Of a stretch of 60,000 nt of DNA, positions 22,568 to 36,160 are shown piece by piece (positions within the stretch are counted from its first letter, which is position 1; each line of letters begins with the position of its first letter). Position numbers and translations under genes: made by a program. Source of the DNA: Botryllus schlosseri (Eukaryota); assembly GCA_051294905.1 (NCBI GenBank), contig CM119372.1, forward strand, positions 29,638,001-29,698,000. The letters run 5' to 3'. The notes below the pieces were generated by a model. That model searched no databases and was not told the origin of the DNA. It saw only the letters and a program-made list of their open reading frames with translations.

Positions 22568-25141
22568 TACGGCCGTAAACCAATTAGTTTCGCAAAACCA
22601 ATTAGTCCTGAATTAACTGGATTGGATTGCATTTCCGTTTACGTTTTCGATATGGGATAGTTCCATCAGCAGCGCCATTACAGACAAAACAGCTTCTGCA
22701 TACGCTTGCATGGGCACTGCGCTCGACGTTTTTTGATCCCCAACAATGCCAATACGGCCGTAAACCAAACTTTACGCTGATTGGTCGGGAGACAATGGCC
22801 ATGGATACAGCGCAGTAACGGAGGACTCTGCATTTACCTAAGCCTAGTTGGCACTAAGATGTATTCCTATGGCCGTGTAGACTGTATAAAAACCACAAGA
22901 TTACAGTTAATGTTTATTTCTTCATCAATAACAGAATTATTAGGAAAGTAAATAAAATATTTAGTAACATATACTAAAATATATTGCCGAAATACTGCTG
23001 TGTTTATAAATGCAGTGCCACCAATGGCAACGAACTGGGTAAGAACAGATCTTTCCACTCATTTCCTTCCAACGCAAAGGACAGGAAGGCTTGGGAATGC
23101 AGAGTAAGAAGGCAGGCCTATTTGTGGCATACATTTGGCCTGAATTTGATGCCAATAAGAGTGATTTACTTGTAATTATCTAGCAGCAGTCAAATAAAAA
23201 CTCCCTTTCTGTGAATTTTTCCCCAGTTCAAATTTCATGAGCTCGTCGACTATGTTGTTACGATATTTCCAGGGGCACCTTACCTTAAGCACACGAACTG
23301 CAGATGAGGTCTGCCCAGCTAGAATCACTCTATCAGGTGAACCACTCAGATATCAACATGAAAAAAAAAAACAAGACTAATCTTTGCTACATTCGCATGA
23401 GTGATGTTCAAGTAGTCTTGAATAGCCCTTTCTTCGTGCGATAACCCCCACAATATTGAATCCCTGTTCATGCTCTATTGTCCTTGAAAAGAGATGGTGG
23501 ATATGGAGTACCTGCTGCATGACTTGTTCCCCTCAAAGCAGTCCCAAACCCTACCAAAATTGCTACTTGTGAGTCGAAGAGCCCTATGTATTTACCCCAT
23601 TCTGCTCATTATCTCTGTTCTGATGTTCTGTGGGCAAGGTAGCTAATCTGCATATGACTAACTTTGTTGGCTTCTAACCATAAGATTCATGTGTTGGCGT
23701 TGAAGATTCCATTTCAAGGCTACACGATGGGGATTCTAGATCAGGATCACCAGATGACAATGTAGGATTTGCATGTGCAGCATCCACAACATTGGAGGGA
23801 GAAAGTTGACACGGAATGGAGTTCAGGGTCCGCCTTTTTGCAATGCGCGTATCTTCTGCTTCACCACGGAGATTGCGACTGGGAATCAGACCTCTCTTTA
23901 AACTTGATTTTCTGAACTGTTTTGGTGTATCTATAATGCACTTGCAGCAAAATCTTCCTTGCAAAAGCGGTAGGAGCAAATTATTATTATTATTAATATT
24001 ATTATCATTGTACACAACGGTGGTGCTTTCAGCCTGTAAGGCTTTGTACCCCACGTCATAACAGTATTTGAACTGATCAATGCATTTCTTCTTGTCTTTG
24101 ACATTCTTTCCACTCTCTTATGCACTCGCTCGCGATTCATCGGGTCTTTTGCTGCCGACTTATAGCTCGGCTCACTGTGATTTCTGGGCTTTTTAAGTCA
24201 CTGCAACTGCAGTGAGGTCGGCGATGAGAGAGAGAGAGAGAGTCTTTATTTTCATCCAATCAAAATACATAACACACAGCAGTGATGGTGGTACAGAAAA
24301 TATGCTTGCACAGTATTCGGTATTAGATAGGAATGATCGATAAGACCGTGAAGGTCATCTAGTCTGATCACACCAGCATCAAACAGGTACACTTGACTCT
24401 AAACAGTCTGGCTGTAAAAAAAGGTTACAGTAGTTAAAAAAAATAGGAGAAAAATTAAACGATGGTAGCAAATGATCAATGAAGCAAAGTCTGGGCGAGG
24501 TAGGGCAACAGTGTTAGTGTAACGACTAGAGGTGATCAAGTAGGGCTTTTTTGAGCAAATGAAGCTTAAGGAAGTGGGCTGGAAGTCCTTCCATCTTTCT
24601 CTGCATTATCAAGTCTTCCTGTCCTTTGCGTTGGGAGAAAATGAATGGAAATATATGTTCTTCCCCAGTTCATTGCCATTGGAGGCACTGCATTTATAAC
24701 CAGAGCAGTATTTCGGCAAAATATTTTAGTATATGTTTCTAAATATTTTATTTCCTTTCCTAATAATTCTGTTATTGATGAAGAAATAAACATTTATCTA
24801 TAATCTTGTCGTTTTTATACAGTCCACGCGGCTATAGGAATACATGGTAGTGTCAGCTAGGCTTAGGTAAATGCAGCGTCCTCCGCTGCTGCGCCGTATC
24901 CATGGCCATTGTCTCTCGACCAATCAGCGTAAAGTTTGGTTTACGGCCGCATTGGCATTGTTGGGGGTCAAAAAAACGTCGATGGAAGGCCACATCATAT
25001 CGAAAGCGCAGTGCCCATGCAAGCGTATGCAGAAGCTGTTTTGTCTGTAATGGCGCTGCTGATGGAACTATCCCATATCGAAAACGTAAACGGAAATGCA
25101 ATCCAATCCAGTTAATTCAGGACTAATTGGTTTTGCGAAAC
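22568..25141. mobile_element. Second copy of the THAP/YqaJ DNA transposon, lacking the Dong insertion
   Basis: Matches 3701-5127 joined to 9179-10330; same inverted arms; additional lesions in the YqaJ remnant. Confidence 0.75.
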
Positions 25142-25467
25142 CGGAACATTCATTGACTTGAAAATTGAATCGAAAATTCGTCTCTTAATTGCGATTCATT
25201 TGATATTTTCAAGTCCGAGTCCACTCAAGACATTTTAGGGTAGTGACTCGAGTCAAATCCTGACTCGAGTGACCAAACACGAATCCCACCAAATGTAGGC
25301 CTATGGTATAATTGTGATATAATTGTTAATGTTGGGTTTAATATATATGTGTTAGGGGGCTTACAAAGTGCTGTCTTGAATCTGGAAAAGTACTCCGCGC
25401 CAAACATATTCTACTTCTTGCATTTGCAGAAATCGAGTTTTTGTATTCTTGACACTTTGACATCAAA

Positions 25468-28099
25468 ATGAAGGTCATTTTGCTTGCAGCATGCGTGCTA
25501 TGGATATGCGTGGGGTCGGGTGAGTTTGTTAACGCTGCTTCACAAGCGGCTTAAGAATAAGTCCCTGCTTTCGCATTACTTGTAAATTGCAATATTTAGA
25601 GAGCATGCAGTGTTAGTGGTCTTTATCGTATAAATCGGCTGTTTGGGATTCAATACAGAATTCTGAATCGGTTCAAACAGCATATAGTTGAGAGCTACCG
25701 TCACCGACTGGAATATTACGAATGTGCTGCCTCACTCACACAGGTCGGAAGATATGCTTGGAAATTTGACTGTTTCAGATTATGGTTATGAAATTGACGC
25801 TGTTTGATAAAATAGAGGTATAGACTTGCATTCATCAAACTGAGGTCCACGGTCCTTTAGGGGTACGCGACACAATTTTCTAGGACCGCGAAGCACGTTC
25901 CAAAAATTCAAACGATCCAGAAAAATTAACAAATTGTAGAAAAAAAAATTCACGCAACTTAATTTTAAACCAAAATCGATGATGACCCAAAATTGTATCG
26001 GTAATCAACATAAAATAGAGCATTTCGGTGCAGAAATATTTAATGTCATCATCGGCATCTAGGAGTTGACCATTTCCCTGACAGGACACACCTAGATATA
26101 TGAAGGTATTGCCAAGATGCGACATCACGTGAAGCTCGCTGCCAAAAAGATCGCTAAATGCCAGGGCCCAGAATTATCACCGTATGTTGTACACAACCAT
26201 ACGCAGCCGAGCTGGTCGTTGTAGAGAATACCCACTTGGCATTGCGTGTTAACTACTATTTGTCAATCTATATGTTTGGCACTTTCGACTCAGGAATCAT
26301 TATACTTACAGCGTTTGGAATCAAATGTTACGTTGGAGGGTCGTTAAACTACCAGTTAACAGACTGTTCAAGTTCTGTAACCCAATGTGCCAAGATAACA
26401 ACGAGCGGTAAGAAGTCGATACTGCTAATGAATTCACTGTTTTACATTTTTTTGCATCCAAACTGTTTAGCTAGATCGGGTGAAAGCATAGAATTCAAGG
26501 GTTATGTTATTGAAAATCCTTAACTTTCAGGCGTCGCCGTAAGGTCGTGCAACGTGCCTACGGTCACAGGAGCTGCCGCTACTAGCAACGCGTGTACGGA
26601 AGTGAATTTGGGACTTAAGATCGAAACGTGCGTCTGCTCTACAGGTATTAGAATATTAGATAATTCACCACCGATTTTATTTTAGTTGAAATCATAGTGT
26701 AAGTGACGCAACTAGGCGACATTATGCATGTAGTGTATACTTCGTTATTTTACAATATGCAATACGAATTCCTGTAGAAGTGCCATGTCGAGTTCGCACA
26801 TTAGTAGCTGCGTGACGGTATAAACTTAACGAACGTCATTTTATTAGTGACGGTTGCGGTAAAAGGCGTAGACCAAAAGTGACGAAGTTTGTTTACCTCT
26901 GAACCACCGCTATGGAGATGCCAAGTAACTTTAAGGTTATCGAGTAAACGCAACCATTTCAAACTCCATGCACTCCTGAGCTGCCGATAACTCAGCGGGG
27001 AAGCCGTTGATACCAGTTTGATAAACATATTTTTGGTCCTACCAAACGTATTTGGAGCCGGTGCAGATCGACACGCCAGACGCTCTACCAATGCGTTATC
27101 TCTTCGGTTAGACGCGAATGCCTCTGCAGGAGTTCTACTTGGGCATTCTGACTCCATTCGATTTCACTACGTCACAACGGACATACGTACTCAGTTATCT
27201 AAAACAATTGCTCCAGCCACAATTTACATCCTGGCTACGCTCATCGTTGTGATATAATAAATAGAAACTTTCTTCTCCTGTAGCAATGCGGCTACTGGTT
27301 GGAATTGAATCAAAGTTGGTTTGTAGGCTTAAATTAGGTATCCTGACAATTTTATCAAGTAGCCAGTACGATTTGAGAAAAAAAGTCCTTTTTGAAGAGC
27401 CCTAGTACTCAGTCATTTGAAACAATTGCTTCATCCACAATTTACATCATGGCTACGCTGATCGTTGTGATCGCTGATACATTATAACATTGCCTCATTT
27501 ATTTCTAGTAGGTATATGTGGGAAGAATGTTCTATCAACTGAAGAAAGAATTTCCCTAAAAGCAGCGAGCTCTGTATCTGTATTATCCATACCGTAATAG
27601 CGAACGCTTGAACGATATACACGAATGATAGCGAAATGTTAGAGATCAAAATGCAAATCAGAAAAAAAGATGCGTATGTTTGCAAAATAGATTCGACATC
27701 AAGTTCTTTTTGTGCTTTCACTGCTGCTCCAACTTCAGCCTTGATTTAGAATTGCCTTTGCTAATAAACACACACGGTGATGACTTGAATCACTCCCGTA
27801 ACAAAGTTAGTGATTGTGGTTGGTATGATTTCCGTTTTGCCACAGCTAAAACGATAGCTAAAGTAATTTCTAAAAGTATGTATCACGCGTCGCTATTCTA
27901 ATACTTGAGCTTCCAATACCAATAGAATGCAATTAATCAATGTCGGGAATGCATAACATTACTATGCCCGCATACTCCAAAGTCCAGTTGCCTTCACTAC
28001 ACAATTGTTTCAGATGCGTGCAACGGAGCAGCAACTTCCTACGTCAGCAGAATGCTTGCTGTCATTTTAACTGCCCTCACTGCCCGCGCCGTGATGTAA
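25468..28099 (+). CDS. Ly6/uPAR family protein, 115 aa, copy 2. Exons 25468-25519, 26312-26407, 26531-26644, 28014-28099
   Basis: Same GT-AG structure, intact frame and all cysteines conserved: MKVILLAACVLWICVGSAFGIKCYVGGSLNYQLTDCSSSVTQCAKITTSGVAVRSCNVPTVTGAAATSNACTEVNLGLKIETCVCSTDACNGAATSYVSRMLAVILTALTARAVM. Confidence 0.9.
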
Positions 28100-30789
28100 A
28101 GCGTGGTCCAGTTGCAATCAAGCTCGAATATATTAAAGGAGGAATTTTATTTTCGTCATAATTAAGCTCAAATACAATAACGGAAGAATTTTGTTTTCGT
28201 CGTTTCGTTTGTTTTCGTATTCTATATCTCAATAAAAGTGTACCTGTCGAACTATATTGATCTTACTTTTTCACTCATATATTCACTTATTCAGCAGGAT
28301 CGCAACACTCACGCAAGTAGGCCTACCGCATTGTGACAGAGTTTGTTCTGAAAACAGACTATATCAGGTTGCTTATAGTCACCAGAGTATTTCCTAATAG
28401 TTACCAGTTGGGGGAAGCCCAAAATTTGTGTCCTACTTATCACATGTGTCGATACTGCAGTGTAAGATTTGATTTTGTTTTTACTGCGCTGAGCGTATTG
28501 AACTCAGACATTGGTATATCGTATTGGCGTCAAGCCAGAGATCTACGTGGATACTTGATAGTCGATAGTCATGCAGTTCGTGTGAGTCGTGCTCTCGATC
28601 GGTGGGCCTATAACTTTATCGTAATCCATTCTATTAGCGTTCTATTCAATGCGCTACTGTTGTGTACGCAATCGTTACAGTAAACTGCAAATAGGGCTAC
28701 ATTTAAAACAAACGGTGTTTTAAAACACTTTGTTTAAAACATGTTTTAAACAGTGTTTTAAATAAAGGCTTTTAAAAAAATTGTTTGTTTTTTTCTAGTT
28801 GTAAAATTATGCCATAATTGTGTAAATACTTCCGAAAAAACATATTGTATGAGCCTTAACAATAACCTTCCGATATTGACGACGTATATCGATATTGGAT
28901 GGTTGGAACCCTCAAAATAGTCGGTTCAACATTATTAGTGCAGATATTTCGTCAAAGGAGCTATATTTACCCTATATTTTCAATTGTCAATGTCCATCCA
29001 CTATGACGTCACACTTGAAAATTCGTGACGCCATGGCTTTTAAAAATTGGTTTTTGTTTTAAATGCAACTGCAAGTATCTACTATACACCGATGTCGTCT
29101 TCACCTCATCATAACTACAATGGTAAGTAGCAGTAAATCTAATGCAAGAGGTAAATGCAATGTAAAGGTTTTATCACGCCTTTTAAAACGTTGCGAGCCG
29201 CGCAATTTGTTTCTGTTTAATCGGAAGTATGGAGTAGAGTTGGTAGCAATCGCTCTCAAAACTCCATGAGCGCGCGCTGCCTATACAAAATCTGTGATAG
29301 GCCTTGGTTTTGTAATATATGGCCCGAGCATGGAGCAGGTATGGTCATCCCTGCTACATATCATGCAAAGCTTTGATAGTGCAGTGATAAACAAATAAGT
29401 TATTGTTATTAATTTGAAGGCATAATTTGACTGGTCCGACCCGCAAGCGTCCAAAAGCTCTGAATCCGGCCAGCGATTTAAATTGAATATATATTGAGTT
29501 TAATATAACTGGTCTAGCGTATATCGATATATAAGTTTCCTGTGGAGTAGTGACTGATCTGCGATTTGATGTTCGATGTTCAGTACGTGCGTTTCATTTC
29601 ATGCATAACCCTTACTGAAAACGTCTGGAGAGTCCAAGAAAGAATTATCGGCGAAGTCATCGATTATATTGGGAGTATAAATGATCCAGTTCTATGAAAT
29701 CAAAACCAGTTTCACGGAAGGCGATCTTGTGGCCTGACATAAAAATTGCATCATGTCTGGCAACCCAGCAGTTGTGTAAGCCCACTACTCCTTTTAGAAT
29801 TTTTTTTAAGCAAGCACAAATAGTGGATTAAATGAAGGAGATTGCAATACCATGTTGATTTAAGTTATTTTGCTTCAGTTTCTCTACTCTCAATGGGCTA
29901 ATTTCTACGTTTGCAATTATACATTCCTGGCAATTTGAGCTCCACATTACAAATGCCACTCGTGAAGAAAAATTATGCGGCCCGTGAAGAAATGCTACTG
30001 CGAGTCGGGTGCGTAGCACGAAAGAAGTTCTTTAGGTCTGATACGGTTGAGCCATTTCGAAATCTTTTGACTGTATAGCAGACGAAATGTTACGGTAAAA
30101 CAACACACAACGAATGAATTGATAACAACGAGCCCGCCAGCAGATGTTTAAGTATTAATTACGGGCACCAAATTTTTAAAGACACCAATTGATAATTTGA
30201 CAATAATATATGCAATACCAATTTTATTGACTGAATTCAGCCATGAATTTGATTTTATTCGCGCTTCGCGTGACTAGACAACGCCTGCTCCCTTACCACC
30301 GATTTCAAGGACAGTATCGTTGTGATAACGTACACGCAATGAGGTGTCTGGAGGGCTTCGTTTGGTTTATCACCCTATGGGGCGCCAATAATCAGCGTGT
30401 TGGGCGGGCTGACCAAGTGCAGTTACGGGCCTGCTAGAGCAGTGGTTTCTAACCTTGTTATCCTAAGTCCCCACTTCCGATTTATTCCGAGCCTTCATTC
30501 CTCACCTAAAATCTCCATATCCATATCCACCCTTTAAAGTGCTACCTCCAATAAAATTTTGCAAGACTTTGCTTAGTATTGGTGATTGTTACGATCCCCG
30601 GAATTGATCAGCACACAATAAAATTAACGCAGCGGTGAACTGGTAACCGTAAACGCACCTCCGTAAATATATGTATCCACCCCGGCGCGCAGCCAACAGA
30701 AAAATAGGAGGGGTTGAAAATTTTCCGAATGTTGCGGGATAGCATCAGTAGTTAGTATGATCGGTCGTGACGGCTATGGGTTTCTTATG

Positions 30790-31630
30790 GGCGCGCTGGT
30801 GATGTGCCTGGAAACTCGTGTTGGTGATGGTACCCTTTTGACCCCCCTTCCGCTCGTGATGTGCCATGTGTTCTTATGGGATCTCTGGTGATGGTACCCT
30901 TTCGGGTATAGGCTGCATCGGTGATGTGCCATGAAAACTCGTGTTGGTGATGGTACCCTTTCAGACCACCTATCGCTCATGATGTGCCATGTATTTTCAC
31001 GGGATCTCTGGTGATGTGCCATTGTTTCTTAAGGGATCTCTGGTGATGTGCCATTGGTTCTTATGGGATCTCTGGTTATGTGTCATTGTTTCTTACGCGG
31101 TCTCTGGTGATGTGCGATTGGTTCTTATGGGATCTCTGGTGATGTGCCATTGTTTCTTATGGTATCTCTGGTGATGTGTCATGTATTCTTACGGGATCTG
31201 TGGTGATGTGCCATGTGTTCTTATGGGTGCGGCCGTGAATTACCCTTTCGGGTATTGGCATCTCTCGCACGTCGTACTTTCACATGTCGTGCTTTCGCGT
31301 ATAGGTTGTGTTGGTGATTCACCATGTGTTCTTATGGGTGTGGCGGTGATTCGTACTTTCGGGTATATGCATCTCTCGACCGGTGTTGAATATGTATCAA
31401 GTAAATAGTCATGTGAATTAATCTTTGTTAATGTGTATATCGTTATTCTTATGGATGCGGTGATGATTCGTACTTTCGGGTATAGGCGGCGGCGGCATGC
31501 TAACGTGAAAACCGGGGGTGGCATGCTAATGTTTTTAGGTATACGTGCGGCGACATGCTAACAACGATAATGTGTCTGTCATGTATTCTTACGGGATCTC
31601 TGGTGATGTGCCATTGTTTCTTATGGGCGT
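30790..31630 (+). repeat. Degenerate ~32-bp tandem array (ggtgatgtgccatgtgttcttatgggatctct) in the terminal region; mirrored at ~43700-44545
   Basis: Many contiguous units in 30980-31225, with derived units on either side. Confidence 0.9.
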
Positions 31631-34600
31631 GGCGGTGATTCGTAGCCTACTTTCGAGTATAGGCATCTCTCGCGCGGTGTTGAATATGTACGAGTCACCA
31701 ACAATAACCGCACAAACGGAAACGTGGCTTGCAAGAGGATTAAGCAGTGCGTGTGACCTATAATTCGAATGACCTGCGCGCTGAATTGTTTCCGTGCAGT
31801 CGTGTGCTACTATCGATTATTACACTAGACCAGTCAGTGTGAAATAGTTTGCTAAATCTAGTAATCAGTCGCATGGTGTTACTTTAGTAATTAGTTTACC
31901 ACAGAGCCGGCGTTGCCGGTGATTCGAATACCGACAAATTTTCACTTATTTCTGACCCAACCCTAATCCTCTGTGAAGTTGACGCTTATTCAAAAAGGTG
32001 TGAAATAATTGTAAAATCCTAATCCGAAACCGATTATTTCGACTTTGGCGTAGTGTGCATTGAAATAGGATTGACAAACATGACTACTTGATTATATCAC
32101 TGCAACTCATGAATTTGAATTAATTCATCCTGGTTGTATTCGTATGCTCGGTCTTTTTTTATTCGATTGTAAAGGTTGTTACTATTCTGAAGACAAAGTA
32201 TTTACTAATCGGTGCATATACGTTTTGACTTGGACATATTATATTTTGAGTATACGAGATTTGAATGTCTGAACAATAACTGAGAAATAATTTATCACAA
32301 TTAAATCCGTATATTACAGCGTAAAAGATATTTGAATGTCAGCAACTCGGTAAGATCATAGTTACTACCACATTACCTAATTTACCCGACCAACTCGTCA
32401 TGAGCATTCCCGAAATCAATACAAACATGACTACTGACTTGAGTTAACCACAAAACAGCATCAAGTTTTAAATCCACTTGTAGCTTACGGATTATTTGAA
32501 TGCGGGTTATGTTTTGTTGTAATTGAGTGTACGGAAATAGTATTACGTCTTGACATCTTACCATCTTACGATATTCAAAGAGTCAACCACGAAAACACTG
32601 TCAAGTAAATCCGTTACCCGACCAACTCAAACAGTATCTGTACGAAAAACAGCCAAACATACACGAGTCCATACAATCACTAAAACCTAAAATCCATAAC
32701 AAGTTCGGTTGTATTCATATCCCTACACATCTTTTTTTTATTCAACTTGAAAAGTCGTTACTATTCTGTAAGATGGAGGAATTACTACGCGGTATATTCT
32801 GCAAGACAAAGAAATTACTATGCGGTATATTTTGTAAGACAAAAGTAATTACTTCTCGGTGTCGGTGACTTGGGATTAACATATGTTTTGAGTATATGAT
32901 ATTTGAATGTCTGACCAATGTAGTTAAGAATTCATTTCTTACGATCAAACGCCGGTGTTACATTGAAAGTTATCATGCTGTGAACATAAGGATTGACACA
33001 TTGATTTGACATACGTAATAGTTGATCATGACTTGATTATTAAATTATTTGCGTTAATTAGACCCGGCGTTGTGGTAAATGTTATGACAGCAACAAACTT
33101 TTCAGTACCAATGTTATTAACATATTAAGCTGTAAAACTATGTGTGTCTGAAATGTTCTTGATAGGAAAATTACTCCACCTTGGTAAAAATCACTCTGCG
33201 TATCGCGGATATCAGAAAATATTTCCAGTAACCAAGACTAAAGATGAAACGACAATATCGGAATTCTTACATTCAACAATCAGTACAATTATTAAAATCT
33301 ATCGTTTGCGATAAACAGCGCTAAAGATGTAATTATTCCAGTATTCAACATCCGATACAAAATACTTTATCATCCCGATTCACAACGGATAATTGAAACG
33401 ACTAAGTGTAGAGTCAGTATATTACAATGACACGTCGTTACTATTGAATCCAGCAATTGATACGATTTATTGTCGGGATTTGTGACAGCGCATTGAAACA
33501 TACACAACTTACAGAGTGTGAAAATATAACTTTGGGTATCGAGTACCGTTTGAAGCGGGCGATCAATACATAATTCCGTTCACACTCTCTAAGGCGTTGT
33601 GAAGTCTACAGATTTACACTTCAAGACTTTGATCAACACAAAAACAATTTGGAGTATCTTTACTGGATACATCCTATTCTACTAGACTTGAGTAATACAC
33701 AAAACTGATAGCATTAACAAAGTCGCAATAGGCGCTACACTGAAATCTACAAAATGTGTTACTATTGTTGTTAGTGATCATAAATTATCATTTGAATAAG
33801 TAATTGTAATCATAAAACCAAACTTGCGAAAGTCATTACCATAACAAAAGAATATTGTAGGTTGCTTGCTAAATGTACGCCAGAAATATTTGTAGAACGC
33901 TCACGACCAAAGAAATCGGAAATTTCCCCACATGGTCATTCGTCAACGTTTATGTTGTCACAATACTCACCCCGTAAAAGATATTACTTGTATCTGATTG
34001 AATCACCGATAATTAACTTGCTAAATCAAACCATAAGGAAATTTCACTCACTCATCGGATATTAAACAGCGTCACTTAATCGGCGTAGATCGTTTTTTCT
34101 AAATGCAAATCATACCTGGCCAACAGAAAACAATTTTCACTCACCTTGTAATGAACCCAAGTGGTGGGCCGTCGTTCAATATTTTGTCTGTGTCAAATAC
34201 TTTGCAATAAACACAATGGAGTGGTTGAGCTTTGCATCATCATGCTGTCATCTGAAAATCAAGCTTACATCCGATTTGTAACTGTATCGTTTACCTAACC
34301 GAGTTGTATGCACAGTTCGATATTTTTTGTCATTTAGTGATTGCTGAACATACCAAACGATACACATTCACCTCCGAAATACTGCGTTGATCTCAACCCC
34401 TTTTGACGTGATAATCGAAGTACATTTGTTTCGAATTCGTAATAGCCGACTATGACACGACGATTTTTGGAAAAGTTATGCTTGGAAGATTGGTTGTATA
34501 TCACGAAAAATAATTACCGCTCATATTGATACTGTTATCCCTTGTTCGGTATTTTTAAACGAGTAAAATTTATTACTTGAGTTACTCCGCTTAATGCAAA

Positions 34601-35941
34601 TGTAAACACAACCGTCTTTCAACATCACTAAGACTTCGATACAAAGTATACAATCAAACGCAACAAGTTTACTTTTGTAGGTTGTGTATGATTATCCTGC
34701 ATAACTCATTTCTTACCAAAGCCATATGAAATATATTCATGTTACACGAAAATATTCCCATGCTACTAACCTATACAATGATTGGTGTTGCTTTCAAAAT
34801 GTTTCGATACCTTAAGAACTTTATTGTCTCAATGGATGTTCATGTATCTTAATAATCAAATAGTTCAACACAGAACTAATACGAACAGAAACATCAGAGT
34901 TGTTTACACAAAAGTTTGTATGTGTACAGTATGTGAATACCGTGTGTAAGCCCAGCACAATTGTGGTATCCACCCGAGTTTAGTAAACACAATTTACGAC
35001 ACCGAGGTCGCGTCATCTTTCGTAAGACAACAAACCAAGGCTTCAGGATATGTCCATGTCATAGCAATAAATCAGCTACTCCAACAACAGAGTGCGTATG
35101 TTTCTTGTTACGGTGCTTACATCTTACACACAAATCAATCTACTTTGCTAACGAAAAGTGGTGAGTCATCATATGGTTGTCCTCACTAGTAAAACATACT
35201 ATCATACAAAATGATCGTTATAGTTTGCACACCAACGGTACATCGTACAAGTAACAAGTCTCGAGAATCCAGTTATTCAAAAAACGCGAAAGTATTTCTA
35301 CACCAAGTCGTTATGTCGACGAAAGCGTATATTGTAATATCATGATCGATTTGCATTCATTGGTCACAAACTGTCACTACTCTAAATAATTCTTTTTCAC
35401 TCAAACACAAACGCATACTTGTCACCATTCGTTTTCATCAAGCACGAGTTCAAGAAACTTACTTACTACGACATGAATTTTTATTTTTATGGTATGTAAA
35501 TAGGTAATAATTAATTCAAGTAACACTATATCAACATCATCGAGTTGTGCTAATAGATTTACATGTGGTCTTGTGGTTTTCGTCGGGGCATACAGCACGA
35601 GCTAACTGTAGACTCCTCTCTGTTGTACAGCTACTCGGTAATCGAAATGCATTAACATGTAAACAACGATCTTGTTTCATCACACCAAAAATATGTTCAC
35701 TGTCGCGATACTCTGCACAAGACGTACATAGCCTTTTCACACTCGTAATAGTATACCAACGTCAAGCAATAACATTTAACAAGACCAACGACACTGAACC
35801 CACGACGTTTACCTATGTAAAATTACCACTTTCACTTGCCAGTCCATCGTTTACCTGACTAAACATATTATTTTCCTTTGGAGATCTGACGTTTACCCAG
35901 ATTAAGAAACCATTTTCACTTGTAAATATTTTTTTCCTCGG

Positions 35942-36160
35942 CTAACAAACCTTTTTTTTACTTGGAAATATATTTTTCTCTGGGTAACAAACCTTTTTCA
36001 CTTGGAAATATATTTTTTCTCTTGGTAACAAACCTTTTTCACTTGGAAATATATTTTTTCTCTGGGTAACAAACCTTTTTCACTTGGAAATATATTTTTT
36101 CTCTGGATAACAAACCTTTTTCACTTGGAAATATATTTTTTCTCTGGTTAACAAACCTTT
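35942..36160 (+). repeat. 41-bp minisatellite (taacaaacctttttcacttggaaatatattttttctctggg); mirrored at ~39210-39390
   Basis: 5 full units in the left arm, 4 in the right arm, with degenerate flanking units. Confidence 0.92.

Noticed and set aside
27018..27257. ORF with a hydrophobic tail as the last Ly6 exon
   Set aside because: Lacks the CN motif and is disrupted in copy 1; the exon at 13828/28014 supplies DACN plus a GPI-like tail in the correct phase.
30790..31630. CRISPR-like array
   Set aside because: Units are contiguous and degenerate with no unique spacers; eukaryotic context and no cas genes.
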